Source of the DNA: Syntrophales bacterium
Lineage (GTDB): Bacteria; Desulfobacterota; Syntrophia; Syntrophales; UBA6807
DNA: 64,000 nt
Direction of reading: 5' to 3'
Assembly (NCBI GenBank): GCA_040767195.1
Contig: JAXGPA010000003.1
Span: 128,001 to 192,000, forward strand
Under the pieces are notes generated by a model. It saw only the letters and a list, made by a program, of their open reading frames with translations, was not told the origin of the DNA and did not search any database. The position numbers and the translations under genes were made by a program. Within the stretch, counting starts at the first letter, position 1, and the number at the start of each line of letters is the position of its first letter. Positions 1 to 9,890 of the stretch are shown here, one piece after another.

Positions 1-1
1 C

Positions 2-622
2 ATGAGCAAGGCCCTGGGGGAACCGGGAAAGGGGAAGGTTGTCGGCGTCATCGGCGATTCCACGTTCATCCACTCGGGGATCACGCCCCTTCTGAACACG
101 GCCTACAACCGGAGCGATGTGGTCATCGTCATCTGCGACAACCGGACCACGGCAATGACGGGAATGCAGCATCACCCGGCAACGGGATACACGCTCCAGG
201 GGGCGAGGACCCGGGAACTGGATCTTCCCGCCCTGGGCAGGGCGCTGGGCATCGAGAATGTCCGGGTCATCAACCCTCTCGATCTCAAGGAAACCCGGGC
301 GGTCATGAAGGAGGAACTGGAACGGGAAGGCCCGTCCCTGGTGGTCGCCCAGTCGCCCTGTGCCCTTCTGCTCAGGAAAAAAGGCGGCGAGGAAAAGGCG
401 TTCCAGGTGGACATGGATGTCTGCACGGGCTGCAAGGTGTGCCTGGGATTGGGCTGCCCCGCCATTTCCTGGAGAAAATTCGACGGGGAACTGGAAAAGA
501 AAATCACGAAAAAGACGAAAAAACAGGAGGGAATATCCGTCATCGACCAGGATCTGTGCAACGGCTGCACGCTGTGCAGCCAGGTCTGCAAAATCGGCGC
601 GATCAAGGAGGTGATCTCATGA
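2..622 (+). CDS. iorA: Indolepyruvate:ferredoxin oxidoreductase alpha subunit, C-terminal part (truncated by window edge)
   Basis: TPP motif GDSTFIHSG...DNRTTAMTG and two C-terminal CxxCxxCxxxCP-type ferredoxin motifs; followed by iorB. Confidence 0.9.
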   Translation: MSKALGEPGKGKVVGVIGDSTFIHSGITPLLNTAYNRSDVVIVICDNRTTAMTGMQHHPATGYTLQGARTRELDLPALGRALGIENVRVINPLDLKETRAVMKEELEREGPSLVVAQSPCALLLRKKGGEEKAFQVDMDVCTGCKVCLGLGCPAISWRKFDGELEKKITKKTKKQEGISVIDQDLCNGCTLCSQVCKIGAIKEVIS

Positions 623-1209
623 CGGACCGGATCCGAAGCATCCTGATCGCCGGCGTGGGCGGGCAGGGCGTCCTGAAGGCGAGCGATATCCTGTCCGCGG
701 TCATCATAGAGGCGGGACTCGATGTCAAGAAGAGCGAGGTCCATGGAATGGCCCAGCGGGGCGGGTGTGTAACCAGCCACGTCCGCTACGGGAAGCGGGT
801 TTTTTCACCGTTGGCCCGAAAGGGGGATGTGGATGTCCTTCTCTCCTTCGAGAAGCTGGAAACCCTCCGTTACCTGGATTACCTGAAGGAAGAGGGGAGG
901 GTGATCATCAACGACCTGGAAGTCTATCCGCCTTCCGTGAACATGGGCGAGGCGGAATACCCGGAAAACGTCATCGACCTGGTGAGGGACAGGGTACATG
1001 CCGTGGAGGTCCTCAATGCCTCCGACACGGCCTCGAAGCTGGGGGATGCCCGAATGGTCAACACCGTCCTTCTGGGTGTCCTTTCCCGTTACATGGAAAT
1101 CCCCGGGGAAATATGGGAAAAGGTGCTTCGGGAAACCTTTTCCCCCAAGGTCGTGGAAAAAAACATCGAGGCCTTTCGCACGGGCCGTGAAAAAAAGGAC
1201 CGTTCTTAA
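619..1209 (+). CDS. iorB: Indolepyruvate:ferredoxin oxidoreductase beta subunit
   Basis: AGVGGQG and SEVHGMAQRGG motifs; ATG overlaps iorA stop (ATGA) after GGAGG. Confidence 0.92.
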   Translation: MTDRIRSILIAGVGGQGVLKASDILSAVIIEAGLDVKKSEVHGMAQRGGCVTSHVRYGKRVFSPLARKGDVDVLLSFEKLETLRYLDYLKEEGRVIINDLEVYPPSVNMGEAEYPENVIDLVRDRVHAVEVLNASDTASKLGDARMVNTVLLGVLSRYMEIPGEIWEKVLRETFSPKVVEKNIEAFRTGREKKDRS

Positions 1210-1233
1210 ATAAGGCGTGTCTCGGGTTTATTC

Positions 1234-2208
1234 ATGAAAGGATCGGAAAAAAGGAAACAGCGGCCAGGGGGTCTGTCCCGGGGGGCAGATTTATCCTTGT
1301 TATTTCTAGCTGTTATCCTTCTTCTCCTGTTTTTTCCATTTCATTCGGTCCCGGCCCAGGACGTTTCACCAGCGGAAAGACAGTTTGCCTTTGCCGAAAG
1401 CCTTTTCGAAGAGAAGGACTATTTCCGGGCCATTACGGAATACAAGAGATTTCTATTTCTTTATCCCGAGGATGAAGGCCGGGTGGAACTTTCACGGTTC
1501 CGAATCGGTGAATGTTACATGAGGGCGGAACGGTGGGAGGAAGCCGTTGCGTCTTTCAATTTTTTTCTCAGACACTATCCGGAAAGCCCCCGGGTGGACG
1601 AGGCGCTCCTCTTCCGCGGCACGGCGGAGAAGAAGCTGAAGCGATTCGATGAAGCCCTGTCCTCTTTTAACGCCGTCGTCGACAGGGATACCCGGAAATA
1701 CCGGGACAGGGGGCTTTATGAAGGGGCCCTGCTTCTCCTGGAGCAGGGGGACTGGCCCCGGGCCCGGGAGCGTTTTCTCGAAGTCAGCGTCGTAAGTCCT
1801 CTTTACAGACCCGCAGGCGTTTACGCCGAAGGACTGGCGAGGGAAGGCGACATTCCCTCTAAATCGCCGGCCGTGGCGGGAACCCTGGCCGCCTTCCTTC
1901 CCGGCGCCGGTCATGTGTATACGGGGCGCCCCAAGGATGGTCTCGTCGCTTTTCTCCTGAACGGCGCGTTTATCTGGGCGGCCATCGAACTGTTCGATGA
2001 CGGAAATGAGGTCGCGGGCGGCGTGGTTACCTTTTTTGAGCTGGGCTGGTACACGGGAAACATCTACAGCGCCGTGAGCAGCGCCCACAAGTACAACCGC
2101 AGAACGAGAGAGGATTTCCTTAAAATTCTCGAGGAAAAAGCCCTCCTGTCAAAGCGTTACGAACATGAAACACATCCTTTGGGCTACGCGCTCGTCATTC
2201 CGTTTTAA
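1234..2208 (+). CDS. Exported TPR-repeat protein (BamD/YfiO-like N-terminal repeats, C-terminal membrane segment)
   Basis: Hydrophobic signal, YFRAITEY/YPES TPR-like repeats, LPGAGHVY motif. Confidence 0.7.
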   Translation: MKGSEKRKQRPGGLSRGADLSLLFLAVILLLLFFPFHSVPAQDVSPAERQFAFAESLFEEKDYFRAITEYKRFLFLYPEDEGRVELSRFRIGECYMRAERWEEAVASFNFFLRHYPESPRVDEALLFRGTAEKKLKRFDEALSSFNAVVDRDTRKYRDRGLYEGALLLLEQGDWPRARERFLEVSVVSPLYRPAGVYAEGLAREGDIPSKSPAVAGTLAAFLPGAGHVYTGRPKDGLVAFLLNGAFIWAAIELFDDGNEVAGGVVTFFELGWYTGNIYSAVSSAHKYNRRTREDFLKILEEKALLSKRYEHETHPLGYALVIPF

Positions 2209-2641
2209 GTCGATTTTCGTCGCCGCCTGGGTCCTTTGCCTCCTGCTGAACCCACTGCAGGGGATCGCCCGGGCGGAAGGGGGCTTCACGCCCTGGGATT
2301 TCAAGGGCCCGACGGTTTCCGGACAAGAACCTGAAAAGGAAAAAGAACCGGCCGGTTTTTCAGCGAAAATACTCCTTGCGGGGGTATCTTTTTTCACGGA
2401 TCACATCTCCCGCGTCGACGGAGACCGGTGTCCCATGATGCCCACCTGTTCCGCCTACAGTAAGCTGGCTATCCAAAAGCACGGTTTTTTTGTCGGAATC
2501 ATGATGACCGCAGACCGGCTCATACACGAGGCGAACGAGATGGAACAGGCCCCCCTGGTGAGGGTCGGAGACAAAATCCGCTTCTATGACCCCGTGGAAA
2601 ACAACGACTTCTGGTGGACGAGCCCCTCTGCGAAGAAATAA
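2165..2641 (+). CDS. YidD-like (membrane protein insertion efficiency factor domain) protein
   Basis: CPMMPTCSAYSKLAIQKHG...DRL motif of the YidD family, with N-terminal signal extension. Confidence 0.7.
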   Translation: MKHILWATRSSFRFKSIFVAAWVLCLLLNPLQGIARAEGGFTPWDFKGPTVSGQEPEKEKEPAGFSAKILLAGVSFFTDHISRVDGDRCPMMPTCSAYSKLAIQKHGFFVGIMMTADRLIHEANEMEQAPLVRVGDKIRFYDPVENNDFWWTSPSAKK

Positions 2642-2756
2642 GAAAATAAACAAGACATATTAGTAGTCTATTCAATATGATATAATATTATGTATAAAGT
2701 ATATTCTAGCTATTTGCGCTCGGGTTTTCAGGGGAACCGGCGACACCTTTCAGGAT

Positions 2757-3692
2757 GTGTCCATCATGTCCGATGACTACTACCGGATTCTCGGCGTGGA
2801 AAAAAACGCCGGCCCGGACGAGATCAAGAAAGCCTACCGGAAACTGGCGCTCCGCTACCATCCCGACAAGAATCCCGGAAACCGGGAAGCGGAAGAAAAG
2901 TTCAAAAAAATTAATGAGGCCTACGCCGTTCTGAGCGATCCGGAAAAACGCGACCAATACAACCGGTTCGGGTCAGAGGCCTTCAGCCGCCGCTTCAGCC
3001 AGCAGGATATCTTCAGAAACTTCGACCTGAACAGGGTCTTCTCGGAAATGGGCCTCGGCGGGTTCGGCCGCCGGTTTTCCACGAGGCGGGGGGCCGGGCA
3101 TGCGGATCCCTTCGGCGACCTTTTTTCCGATTTCATGGGTGGCGGCCCGGGCCACTCCCGGGTGCCTTCCAAGGGGGCGGACCTGACCCATGTCCTCCCC
3201 GTATCACTCGAAGAAGCTTACAGGGGAACAGAGAAGACCGTTCTCGTATCCCGTGGATCGCAACGGGAAGAGATCCGGGTGAAAATCCCAGCCGGCGTGA
3301 CGCCTGGGCAGAAATTGCGGGTGGCCGGCAAGGGGCGGCCCCACCAGGGCGGCGGGCGGTCGGGAGATCTGATCATCCGCGTCGAAATGAAGCCTCACGA
3401 TCTTTTTTCCCGTGTTGAAGATGACGTGTACATCGGTAAGACCATATCCTTTTCCCAGGCCGCCCTGGGTACCGTCGTGCCCGTCGAGACCCTGGAAGGT
3501 GAAACGAAGCGCGTCCGAATCCCCCCGGGCACCCAGGGAAGCACCAAGATCCGAATCAAGGGATACGGCTTCCCAAAGCGTGACAAGTCAGGCCGGGGAG
3601 ACCAGTATATCCGTATTGCCATCGAAATCCCTAAAAAACCAACCCCGGAGCAGGTCGAGCTGATCCGAAAGCTTTCGGAATCCGGATTGTAA
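2757..3692 (+). CDS. cbpA: DnaJ-class chaperone, CbpA type (no zinc finger)
   Basis: J domain with HPD, G/F-rich linker, C-terminal DnaJ domain, no CxxCxGxG repeats. Confidence 0.85.
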   Translation: MSIMSDDYYRILGVEKNAGPDEIKKAYRKLALRYHPDKNPGNREAEEKFKKINEAYAVLSDPEKRDQYNRFGSEAFSRRFSQQDIFRNFDLNRVFSEMGLGGFGRRFSTRRGAGHADPFGDLFSDFMGGGPGHSRVPSKGADLTHVLPVSLEEAYRGTEKTVLVSRGSQREEIRVKIPAGVTPGQKLRVAGKGRPHQGGGRSGDLIIRVEMKPHDLFSRVEDDVYIGKTISFSQAALGTVVPVETLEGETKRVRIPPGTQGSTKIRIKGYGFPKRDKSGRGDQYIRIAIEIPKKPTPEQVELIRKLSESGL

Positions 3693-3741
3693 AACATTCC
3701 GGCAACATGCCTCTTACCCCTCGAAACAGCCTGAAAATATA

Positions 3742-3769
3742 TCGTCTGATAAGATATCTTATGTAAACT
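3742..3769 (+). other. Putative XerCD dif site
   Basis: TCGTCTGATAA-GATATC-TTATGTAAACT: 11-6-11 layout with ATAA/TTAT inner arms and XerD-like arm; genes converge on it. Confidence 0.75.
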
Positions 3770-3959
3770 TTTATTTCGTTTCCAGGGATGTGTTATTTTA
3801 TCTTATCTTAGAAGAGCGCCCCCTCTCCCCCCGAAGACGATCCAATTTTTCGAACCCACATTCTCACAAGTTGTCTTCTTGAAACGGATCTCATTGAAAA
3901 AACATCGGGGAACAAGATGATAGCGTTAATGTTTCATAAGACGGCACGATCTTCCGGTG

Positions 3960-3992
3960 CTTGACTTGGTCCGACCCCGGTTAGAGCCAGCG
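3960..3992. repeat. Truncated copy of HUH-element end plus 14 nt of captured flank (direct repeat of 4301-4343)
   Basis: CTTGACTTGGTCCGACCCCGGTTAGAGCCAGCG is identical to 4301-4343 apart from a 10-nt duplication there. Confidence 0.85.
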
Positions 3993-4224
3993 CAGAAGTT
4001 GCTGCAGACGACAATATCTTCCGGCTTCATGGCCGTGTCATGTGGGTCCCCGTCCCCTTTTTTATGAAATGAACGGAGGGATACTATGAGACCTTACAGT
4101 TATAGAAAGGAATCGAAAAAGGAATTTTGGGCCTCTTCCGCTCGTTCAAGAAGCATAGGGAGGTCAGACCCTGGCTTAAAGGAGGGTTTAAGGGGTTAAA
4201 AAGGAAAACGACTCTTAAAAGAGG

Positions 4225-4319
4225 GTTTTGGGGGTCAAAAAAGGCCTTCTAAGGCCAAAAAAGAGCAGAAAAAAGGCGTTATCGTAAAATAAAACAGATA
4301 CTTGACTTGGTCCGACCCC
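4225..4319. mobile_element. Solo right end of RAYT-like element
   Basis: TCAAAAAAGGCCTTCTAAGGCC...CTTGGTCCGACCCC, matching 60114-60198 with the same 64-nt box spacing. Confidence 0.8.
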
Positions 4320-4331
4320 GGTTAGACCCGG

Positions 4332-5135
4332 TTAGAGCCAGCGTTTGCGGCGCTTGTAGGACTTGACGGTGTCGTAGGATTTCCGTTCGCCGTCGGCCTT
4401 GGTGCCCAGGTAGAACTCGCGGATGTCCGGGTTTTCGCGAAGGTCCTCCGCCCTCCCCTCCATGACGATCTTGCCGTTTTCCATGACATAGCCGAAATGG
4501 GCGATCTGGAGGGCCATCCGGGCGTTCTGCTCCACCAGGATGATGGTCGTTCCCTGCTCCTCGTTGATCCGCCGGATGATGCCGAAGATTTCCTTCACCA
4601 CCAGGGGGGCGAGCCCCAGGGAGGGCTCGTCGAGAAGAAGGAGCGCCGGCCTGGCCATGAGGGCCCGGCCGATGACCATCATCTGGAGTTCGCCGCCGCT
4701 GCAGTAACCGGCCAGGGCCTTCCGCCGCTTCACCAGGGCGGGAAAATAATCGTAGATCATGTCGAGGGTCTCGGCGCCCGGCTTTTTTCGGAGGGCCGCC
4801 GTCCCGACCCGGAGGTTTTCCTCCACCGTCAGGTACTTGAAGGGCTGCCGGCCTTCCAGGACCTGGATGATCCCCTTCCGGGTGATGTCCTCCGGCATGG
4901 CGTTGGCGATGTTCACACCCTCGAAATGTATGGTGCCGTCGGTCACCTTCCCGTTTTCCGGCTTCAGAAGCCCCGAGACGGCCTTCAGGGTCGTTGTCTT
5001 GCCCGACCCGTTGCTCCCCAGGAGGGAAACGATCCGGTTTTTCTCGACGGACAGGGAAACCCCCTTCAGCACCTGGACCACGTCGGAGTAGACGACGCTG
5101 ATGTTGTTCACTTTGAGGAGAACCTGGTCGTTCAT
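4332..5135 (-). CDS. LivF-type ABC transporter ATP-binding protein
   Basis: Walker A GSNGSGKT, CSGGE signature, LLLLDEPSLGLAP. Confidence 0.9.
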   Translation of the reverse strand: MNDQVLLKVNNISVVYSDVVQVLKGVSLSVEKNRIVSLLGSNGSGKTTTLKAVSGLLKPENGKVTDGTIHFEGVNIANAMPEDITRKGIIQVLEGRQPFKYLTVEENLRVGTAALRKKPGAETLDMIYDYFPALVKRRKALAGYCSGGELQMMVIGRALMARPALLLLDEPSLGLAPLVVKEIFGIIRRINEEQGTTIILVEQNARMALQIAHFGYVMENGKIVMEGRAEDLRENPDIREFYLGTKADGERKSYDTVKSYKRRKRWL

Positions 5136-5145
5136 GGAAGAAACC

Positions 5146-6216
5146 TCAATAGGAGAAAGGCCACAGCCGGAAACTGGACCGGATCACCCGCCAGACCTCG
5201 GCGAGACCCTTGGGCTCGAAAAGGATGAAAAGGACGATGGCGAGCCCGAAGACGAACTGGCGAAGGGCCGCCGGGTTGAGATCCAGGCCCTGGAGGGCCG
5301 GAAGATTGGTCAGAATGTCCGAGAGGGACCGTAGGATTTCGTTCAGGCCGGAGATGAAGACAGCCCCGAAAATCGAACCGGTAACGCTTCCCAGCCCGCC
5401 GATGATCACCATGGCGATGTATTCGATGGAAAGATCGAGGTTGAACGGTTCGGGGGTGATGCTCATGGTGTAGTAGGCCCACAGGGCCCCGGCGATGCCG
5501 GCATAGAAGGAGCTGATACCGAAAGCGAGAAGCTTGTAGGGAAAGATGGGGATCCCCATCCCCTCGGCGGCCCGGTCGTTATCGCGGATCGCCATGAAGG
5601 CCCGGCCGGAACGGGTCCGGAAAAGATTTTTCGCCATCCACGTCATGAGGACGACGAGACCGAAAATAAGGAAGAAAAAGGCCCGGTCTCCCGATATGGA
5701 AAGACCGAAAAGGGACGGCTCGGGAAGGACGATTCCCTGGGTGCCCTGGGTGAGCCCCTCCCACTGGATGAGAACGTATTCGATGATGAATTGGCCCGCC
5801 AGGGTGGCGATGGCCAGGTAAAGCCCCTTCAGGCGGACCGACGGGACCCCGAAAATCATTCCCACGGCAGCGGTAAGGATGCCCGCCATGGGAAGAGAAA
5901 CGAAGAGGGGAAGATTCCAGGAGGTGGCCAGGATGGCCGCCCCGTAGGCCCCGACGCCGATGAAGGCTCCGTGGCCCAGGGAAATCTGGCCCGTAAACCC
6001 GATGAGAATATTCAGTCCCAGAGCCCCGATGGCGGTGATCCCGGTGAGGTTGATCACGTAAAGAAGGTAGGGGGAAGACACGAAGGGCACGACAAGAAAA
6101 AGAAGAGCGAAGCCGCAGAGCATGGCCGCCCGGCCGAAGTCGGTTTCGAAGATCCGTAGCTCTTCCCCGTAAGATTCCCGGTAATTGCCGCAGGGATGAA
6201 ACCGCAACCGTCTCAT
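5146..6216 (-). CDS. LivM-type ABC permease
   Basis: GQISLGHGAF, GRAFMAIRDND motifs; start set at MRRLRFH. Confidence 0.88.
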   Translation of the reverse strand: MRRLRFHPCGNYRESYGEELRIFETDFGRAAMLCGFALLFLVVPFVSSPYLLYVINLTGITAIGALGLNILIGFTGQISLGHGAFIGVGAYGAAILATSWNLPLFVSLPMAGILTAAVGMIFGVPSVRLKGLYLAIATLAGQFIIEYVLIQWEGLTQGTQGIVLPEPSLFGLSISGDRAFFFLIFGLVVLMTWMAKNLFRTRSGRAFMAIRDNDRAAEGMGIPIFPYKLLAFGISSFYAGIAGALWAYYTMSITPEPFNLDLSIEYIAMVIIGGLGSVTGSIFGAVFISGLNEILRSLSDILTNLPALQGLDLNPAALRQFVFGLAIVLFILFEPKGLAEVWRVIRSSFRLWPFSY

Positions 6217-6220
6217 GGGC

Positions 6221-7105
6221 TCACACCCTTTCAATTTCGACGAGGCCGAAGAGCCCGTAAGGCCTGACCAGAAGGATGAAAACGAGAACGCCGTACGGGA
6301 CGACATCTTTCAGGGATGGCGAAAGATACCCCCCCGTAAAGGCCTCCAGAAGGCCGATGATGAGGCCGCCCAGGATGGCCCCGCCGATACTTTCAAGGCC
6401 CCCTAAAATCACGACGGGAAAGACCTTGAGGCCGATGGAGGCGAGATCGTGAACGTTGATCCCGTTGATGATTCCCAGGACGACACCGCTCATGGCCGCC
6501 ACCAGGGCGGCGATGGCCCAGGACAGGGCGAAGACCCGGCGGACATTGACGCCCAGGGAGAGGGCCGCCGGCTGGTTGTCCGCCACGGACCGCATGTAGA
6601 TCCCCTGGGAGGAATACTTGAAAAAGAGCCCGAAAAGAACGAGAAAGACGAGGCCGACGGCGGTGGACAGGATGTACACGGGGGGAATGGTGATCCCCGC
6701 CCACTGAAGGGACAGCCAGGACGGAAGAAATTCCGGAAACATGTAGAGGTTGCCGCCGAAGATGAAGAGCATGATCCCCTTGAACATGGCCGCCAGCCCC
6801 ACGGTGAGCATGATGACGAAGATGAGGGATTCCCCGATGAGGGGCCGGAGGAAGACCCTCTCGATGACGAACCCCAGGGCGAAACTGCCCGCGAGGGTCA
6901 GGGGGAAGGCCAGGAGGACGGGGACTTTCGCCCAGGACACGAGGGTCAGAAAAAGGAAGGCGCCGATGGCCACCAGTTCGCCGTGGGCGAAATTCAGGAC
7001 GCTGGAGGACTTGAAGATCATGACAAACCCAAGGGCCGCCAGGCCGTACAGGAAACCGATGCTGATGCCGCTGATGAGAAGCTGAAGAAAGAATTCCATG
7101 GTCAT
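6221..7105 (-). CDS. LivH-type ABC permease
   Basis: VLNFAHGE, RPYGLFG motifs. Confidence 0.9.
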   Translation of the reverse strand: MTMEFFLQLLISGISIGFLYGLAALGFVMIFKSSSVLNFAHGELVAIGAFLFLTLVSWAKVPVLLAFPLTLAGSFALGFVIERVFLRPLIGESLIFVIMLTVGLAAMFKGIMLFIFGGNLYMFPEFLPSWLSLQWAGITIPPVYILSTAVGLVFLVLFGLFFKYSSQGIYMRSVADNQPAALSLGVNVRRVFALSWAIAALVAAMSGVVLGIINGINVHDLASIGLKVFPVVILGGLESIGGAILGGLIIGLLEAFTGGYLSPSLKDVVPYGVLVFILLVRPYGLFGLVEIERV

Positions 7106-9060
7106 TCCTCCACATCGTGGATCCGGACGGTCGTCTCGATGACCCCTGTCCGGCCGTCGCGGTAGCGGACCTTGCCCTTGACGGCGATTTCCCGCTTTCC
7201 GGCGTACATGGCCTCGATGATGTCGACGTAAAGCCCGTAGACAAACCGCCTCCTCACCTTCCCCGTTCGTGTCAGTTCCTCGTCGTCGGCGTCGAGGAGC
7301 TTATAGAGAAGGACGAGTTTCCGGATCTTCATGGGACCCGGGAGTTCCCGGTTCACCCGGCGGACCTCCCCGAGTATGAGCGTTTCAACTTCCTCCTGCT
7401 GGGACAGGTCCGTGTAGGTCGTGTAGGGGATCATCCGGTCCTCCGCCCAGTTACCCACGTTGCCCATGTCGATGTTGATGAAGGCGGTGAGATAAGGCCG
7501 GCCCTCGCCGAAGATGACCGCCTCCTGGATGTAGGGGCTGAACTTGAGGCGGGTCTCGATGAAATCGGGGGAAAAGACATTTCCCGCTTTGTCCCGGATG
7601 ACCTCCGCCTTTCTCCCGATAATGACCAGGTGTCCGTCCTCGTTGAGGACACCGGCATCCCCGGTCCGGAGCCAGCCGTTTGAAAAGGCCTCTTCCGTCG
7701 CCTGATAATCCCTCAAGTATCCCTTGAAGACTGTCTCACTTTTTACAAGAACTTCGCTATCTTCCGATATCATGACCTCACTTCCCGGAAGGCTCAGGCC
7801 CACCGTGTCGAGTTTCGGCGAGTGGTCCGGCTGGGCCTGGAAAATCCCCCCCGACTCGGTGAGCCCGTAGCACTGCTTCAGGTTGAGGCCCATGGCGCGG
7901 AAGAAAAAGATGACATCGGGGCTGATGGGGTGACCCCCGGTATAGGCGCTCTGGATCCGTGAACATCCCACCCGGTCGAGGAGCGGCCGGAAAACGGTCT
8001 TGTCCGCCAGAAACAGGGGAAGGCTCCAGGAACGGGGTACCCTCCCCTCTTCCATCCGGACCTTCTCCACCCGCCGTCCCGTCCGTTCCGCCCAGTGGAA
8101 GGCTTTTTTCTTGAGCCACCCCGCGTCGGCCATGCGGACCCGGATCCGGGAGGCCAGATCCTCCCAGAACCGGGAGGAGGTGATCATCACCGACGGGCCG
8201 ATTTCCCGGAGATCCTCGGGGATGGTTTCCGCCGTTTCGGGGAAGTTCATGGTGAACCCGCCGACGAGGGAGACCCCCAGGCCCCACATCTGGTCGACGA
8301 TCCAGGCCGGCGGCGACAACGACACCCAGTCGATGTTTTCCGAGGGGGGGAGGGTGTCGAGCCACTGGAGGCCCATGTGGACGAAGTTCCCATGGGAGAG
8401 CATGGCGAGCTTGGACAGGCCCGTGGTGCCCGAGGTGAGCATCATGACGGCGATGTCGTCCTGCCGGCCCCGCATCACCTCTTTTTCAAAGACCCCGGGA
8501 TGGCTTTCCCCATACTGTTCCCCCAGGGACAGAAGGTCCCGGAAACTGATGAGCCAGGGATCGTCCCGGTAGCCGTCCATGCCCGTGGGGTCCACGTAGA
8601 TTACTTTCTGGACCAGGGGAATCCTGTCCCGGACCTCCAGGAGCTTGTCCACCTGTTCCTGGTCCTGGACGAATACATGGGAGGCCTGGATGCGCTGCAG
8701 GGTCTGGGAGAGTTCCGTCGCCACGGCGGAGGTGAAGAGGTTGACCGTCACACCGCCCAGGGCCTGGACGGCCAGTTCCGAGAAGAGCCACTCGGGGCCG
8801 TTGTCCACGATGAGCCCCGCCGTGTCCTTTCTCCGGAAGCCCAGGGATTTGAGTCCCAGGGCGACTTTTTCGACATAATCCCGGTAGCTTTTCCAGTCAA
8901 CGGCCTGCCAGACACCCCAGGCCTTCTCCCGGATCGCCGGCGGCCCTCCCCTTCCGAGGGCTTCGGCCTGCTTGAGAAGAATCTGGGGAAGGGTGCAGTT
9001 CCTGAGAAAAGACGCCGTTTCTTCGTTCGTTCTGCTTTCTCTGTGAAACAGCCTTCCCAT
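7102..9060 (-). CDS. AMP-forming acyl-CoA synthetase embedded in ABC operon
   Basis: LTSGTTGLSK, YGLTE, TGDAG, ELTRTGKVRR; start set at MGRLFH. Confidence 0.88.
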   Translation of the reverse strand: MGRLFHRESRTNEETASFLRNCTLPQILLKQAEALGRGGPPAIREKAWGVWQAVDWKSYRDYVEKVALGLKSLGFRRKDTAGLIVDNGPEWLFSELAVQALGGVTVNLFTSAVATELSQTLQRIQASHVFVQDQEQVDKLLEVRDRIPLVQKVIYVDPTGMDGYRDDPWLISFRDLLSLGEQYGESHPGVFEKEVMRGRQDDIAVMMLTSGTTGLSKLAMLSHGNFVHMGLQWLDTLPPSENIDWVSLSPPAWIVDQMWGLGVSLVGGFTMNFPETAETIPEDLREIGPSVMITSSRFWEDLASRIRVRMADAGWLKKKAFHWAERTGRRVEKVRMEEGRVPRSWSLPLFLADKTVFRPLLDRVGCSRIQSAYTGGHPISPDVIFFFRAMGLNLKQCYGLTESGGIFQAQPDHSPKLDTVGLSLPGSEVMISEDSEVLVKSETVFKGYLRDYQATEEAFSNGWLRTGDAGVLNEDGHLVIIGRKAEVIRDKAGNVFSPDFIETRLKFSPYIQEAVIFGEGRPYLTAFINIDMGNVGNWAEDRMIPYTTYTDLSQQEEVETLILGEVRRVNRELPGPMKIRKLVLLYKLLDADDEELTRTGKVRRRFVYGLYVDIIEAMYAGKREIAVKGKVRYRDGRTGVIETTVRIHDVEE

Positions 9061-9062
9061 GT

Positions 9063-9890
9063 TCAGGCCTCCTCCGCCGGCCCCAGGTAGGCCCGGGTCA
9101 CCTCGGGGTTGCCCTGGATCTCCGCCGGGGTCCCCTCGGCGAGCTTTTCCCCGAAATTGAGAACGGCGATCCGCTCGGAAAGGCTCATGACGATGGACAT
9201 GTCGTGTTCCACGAGAACGATGGTCCTCTTCCACACCCCGTGAAGCTCCCGGAGAAACCGAACCATGTCCTCCTTCTCTTCCAGGTTCATCCCCGCAAAG
9301 GGTTCATCCAGGATCAGGAGCTTCGGTTCCAGGGCGAGGGCCCGGCCCAGTTCCACCCGTTTCCGGAGGCCGTAGGGCAGCGATCCTACGAGACGGTGCC
9401 GGATGGACTGCATTTCGAGAAAATCGATGATCTCCTCCACGATCCGCCGGTGGCGCACTTCTTCCCTCCGAACCGACGGAAGGAAGAAGGCGGCGGACAG
9501 GAAATTGTACCCGTAGTGGATGTGCCGGGCCAGGAGAAGATTGGAAAGGACGGACAGGCCCGGGAAAAGCTCGATGTTCTGAAAGGTTCTTCCGATACCC
9601 ACCCGGACGAGTTCATGAGGCGGGTGCCGGGTGACGTTTTTCCCGTTGAAGGAAATGATGCCCTCCTGGGGCCGGTAATAACCGGTGACGCAGTTGAGGA
9701 GGCTTGTCTTGCCCGCCCCGTTGGGACCGATGACGGAGAGGAACTCCCCGGTGCGTACATCGAGGGTCACGTCGTGAACCGCCACGACGCCGCCGAACCG
9801 CAGGGTGAGCCCCTCGATCCGCAGGTCCGCCCGGTCCCGGTCCCGGGAGGTCAATCGGAAGATTTCCGGATCGGCCCGGAACGCTTTCAT
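9063..9890 (-). CDS. LivG-type ABC transporter ATP-binding protein
   Basis: GPNGAGKT, LPYG signature, VEHDM. Confidence 0.9.
   Translation of the reverse strand: MKAFRADPEIFRLTSRDRDRADLRIEGLTLRFGGVVAVHDVTLDVRTGEFLSVIGPNGAGKTSLLNCVTGYYRPQEGIISFNGKNVTRHPPHELVRVGIGRTFQNIELFPGLSVLSNLLLARHIHYGYNFLSAAFFLPSVRREEVRHRRIVEEIIDFLEMQSIRHRLVGSLPYGLRKRVELGRALALEPKLLILDEPFAGMNLEEKEDMVRFLRELHGVWKRTIVLVEHDMSIVMSLSERIAVLNFGEKLAEGTPAEIQGNPEVTRAYLGPAEEA

Noticed and set aside
2670..2705. Second dif-like AT-rich stretch
   Set aside because: ATAA and TTAT arms are not 6 nt apart; more likely the cbpA promoter region
3770..3959. Pseudogene fragment beside dif
   Set aside because: No frame gave a recognisable protein
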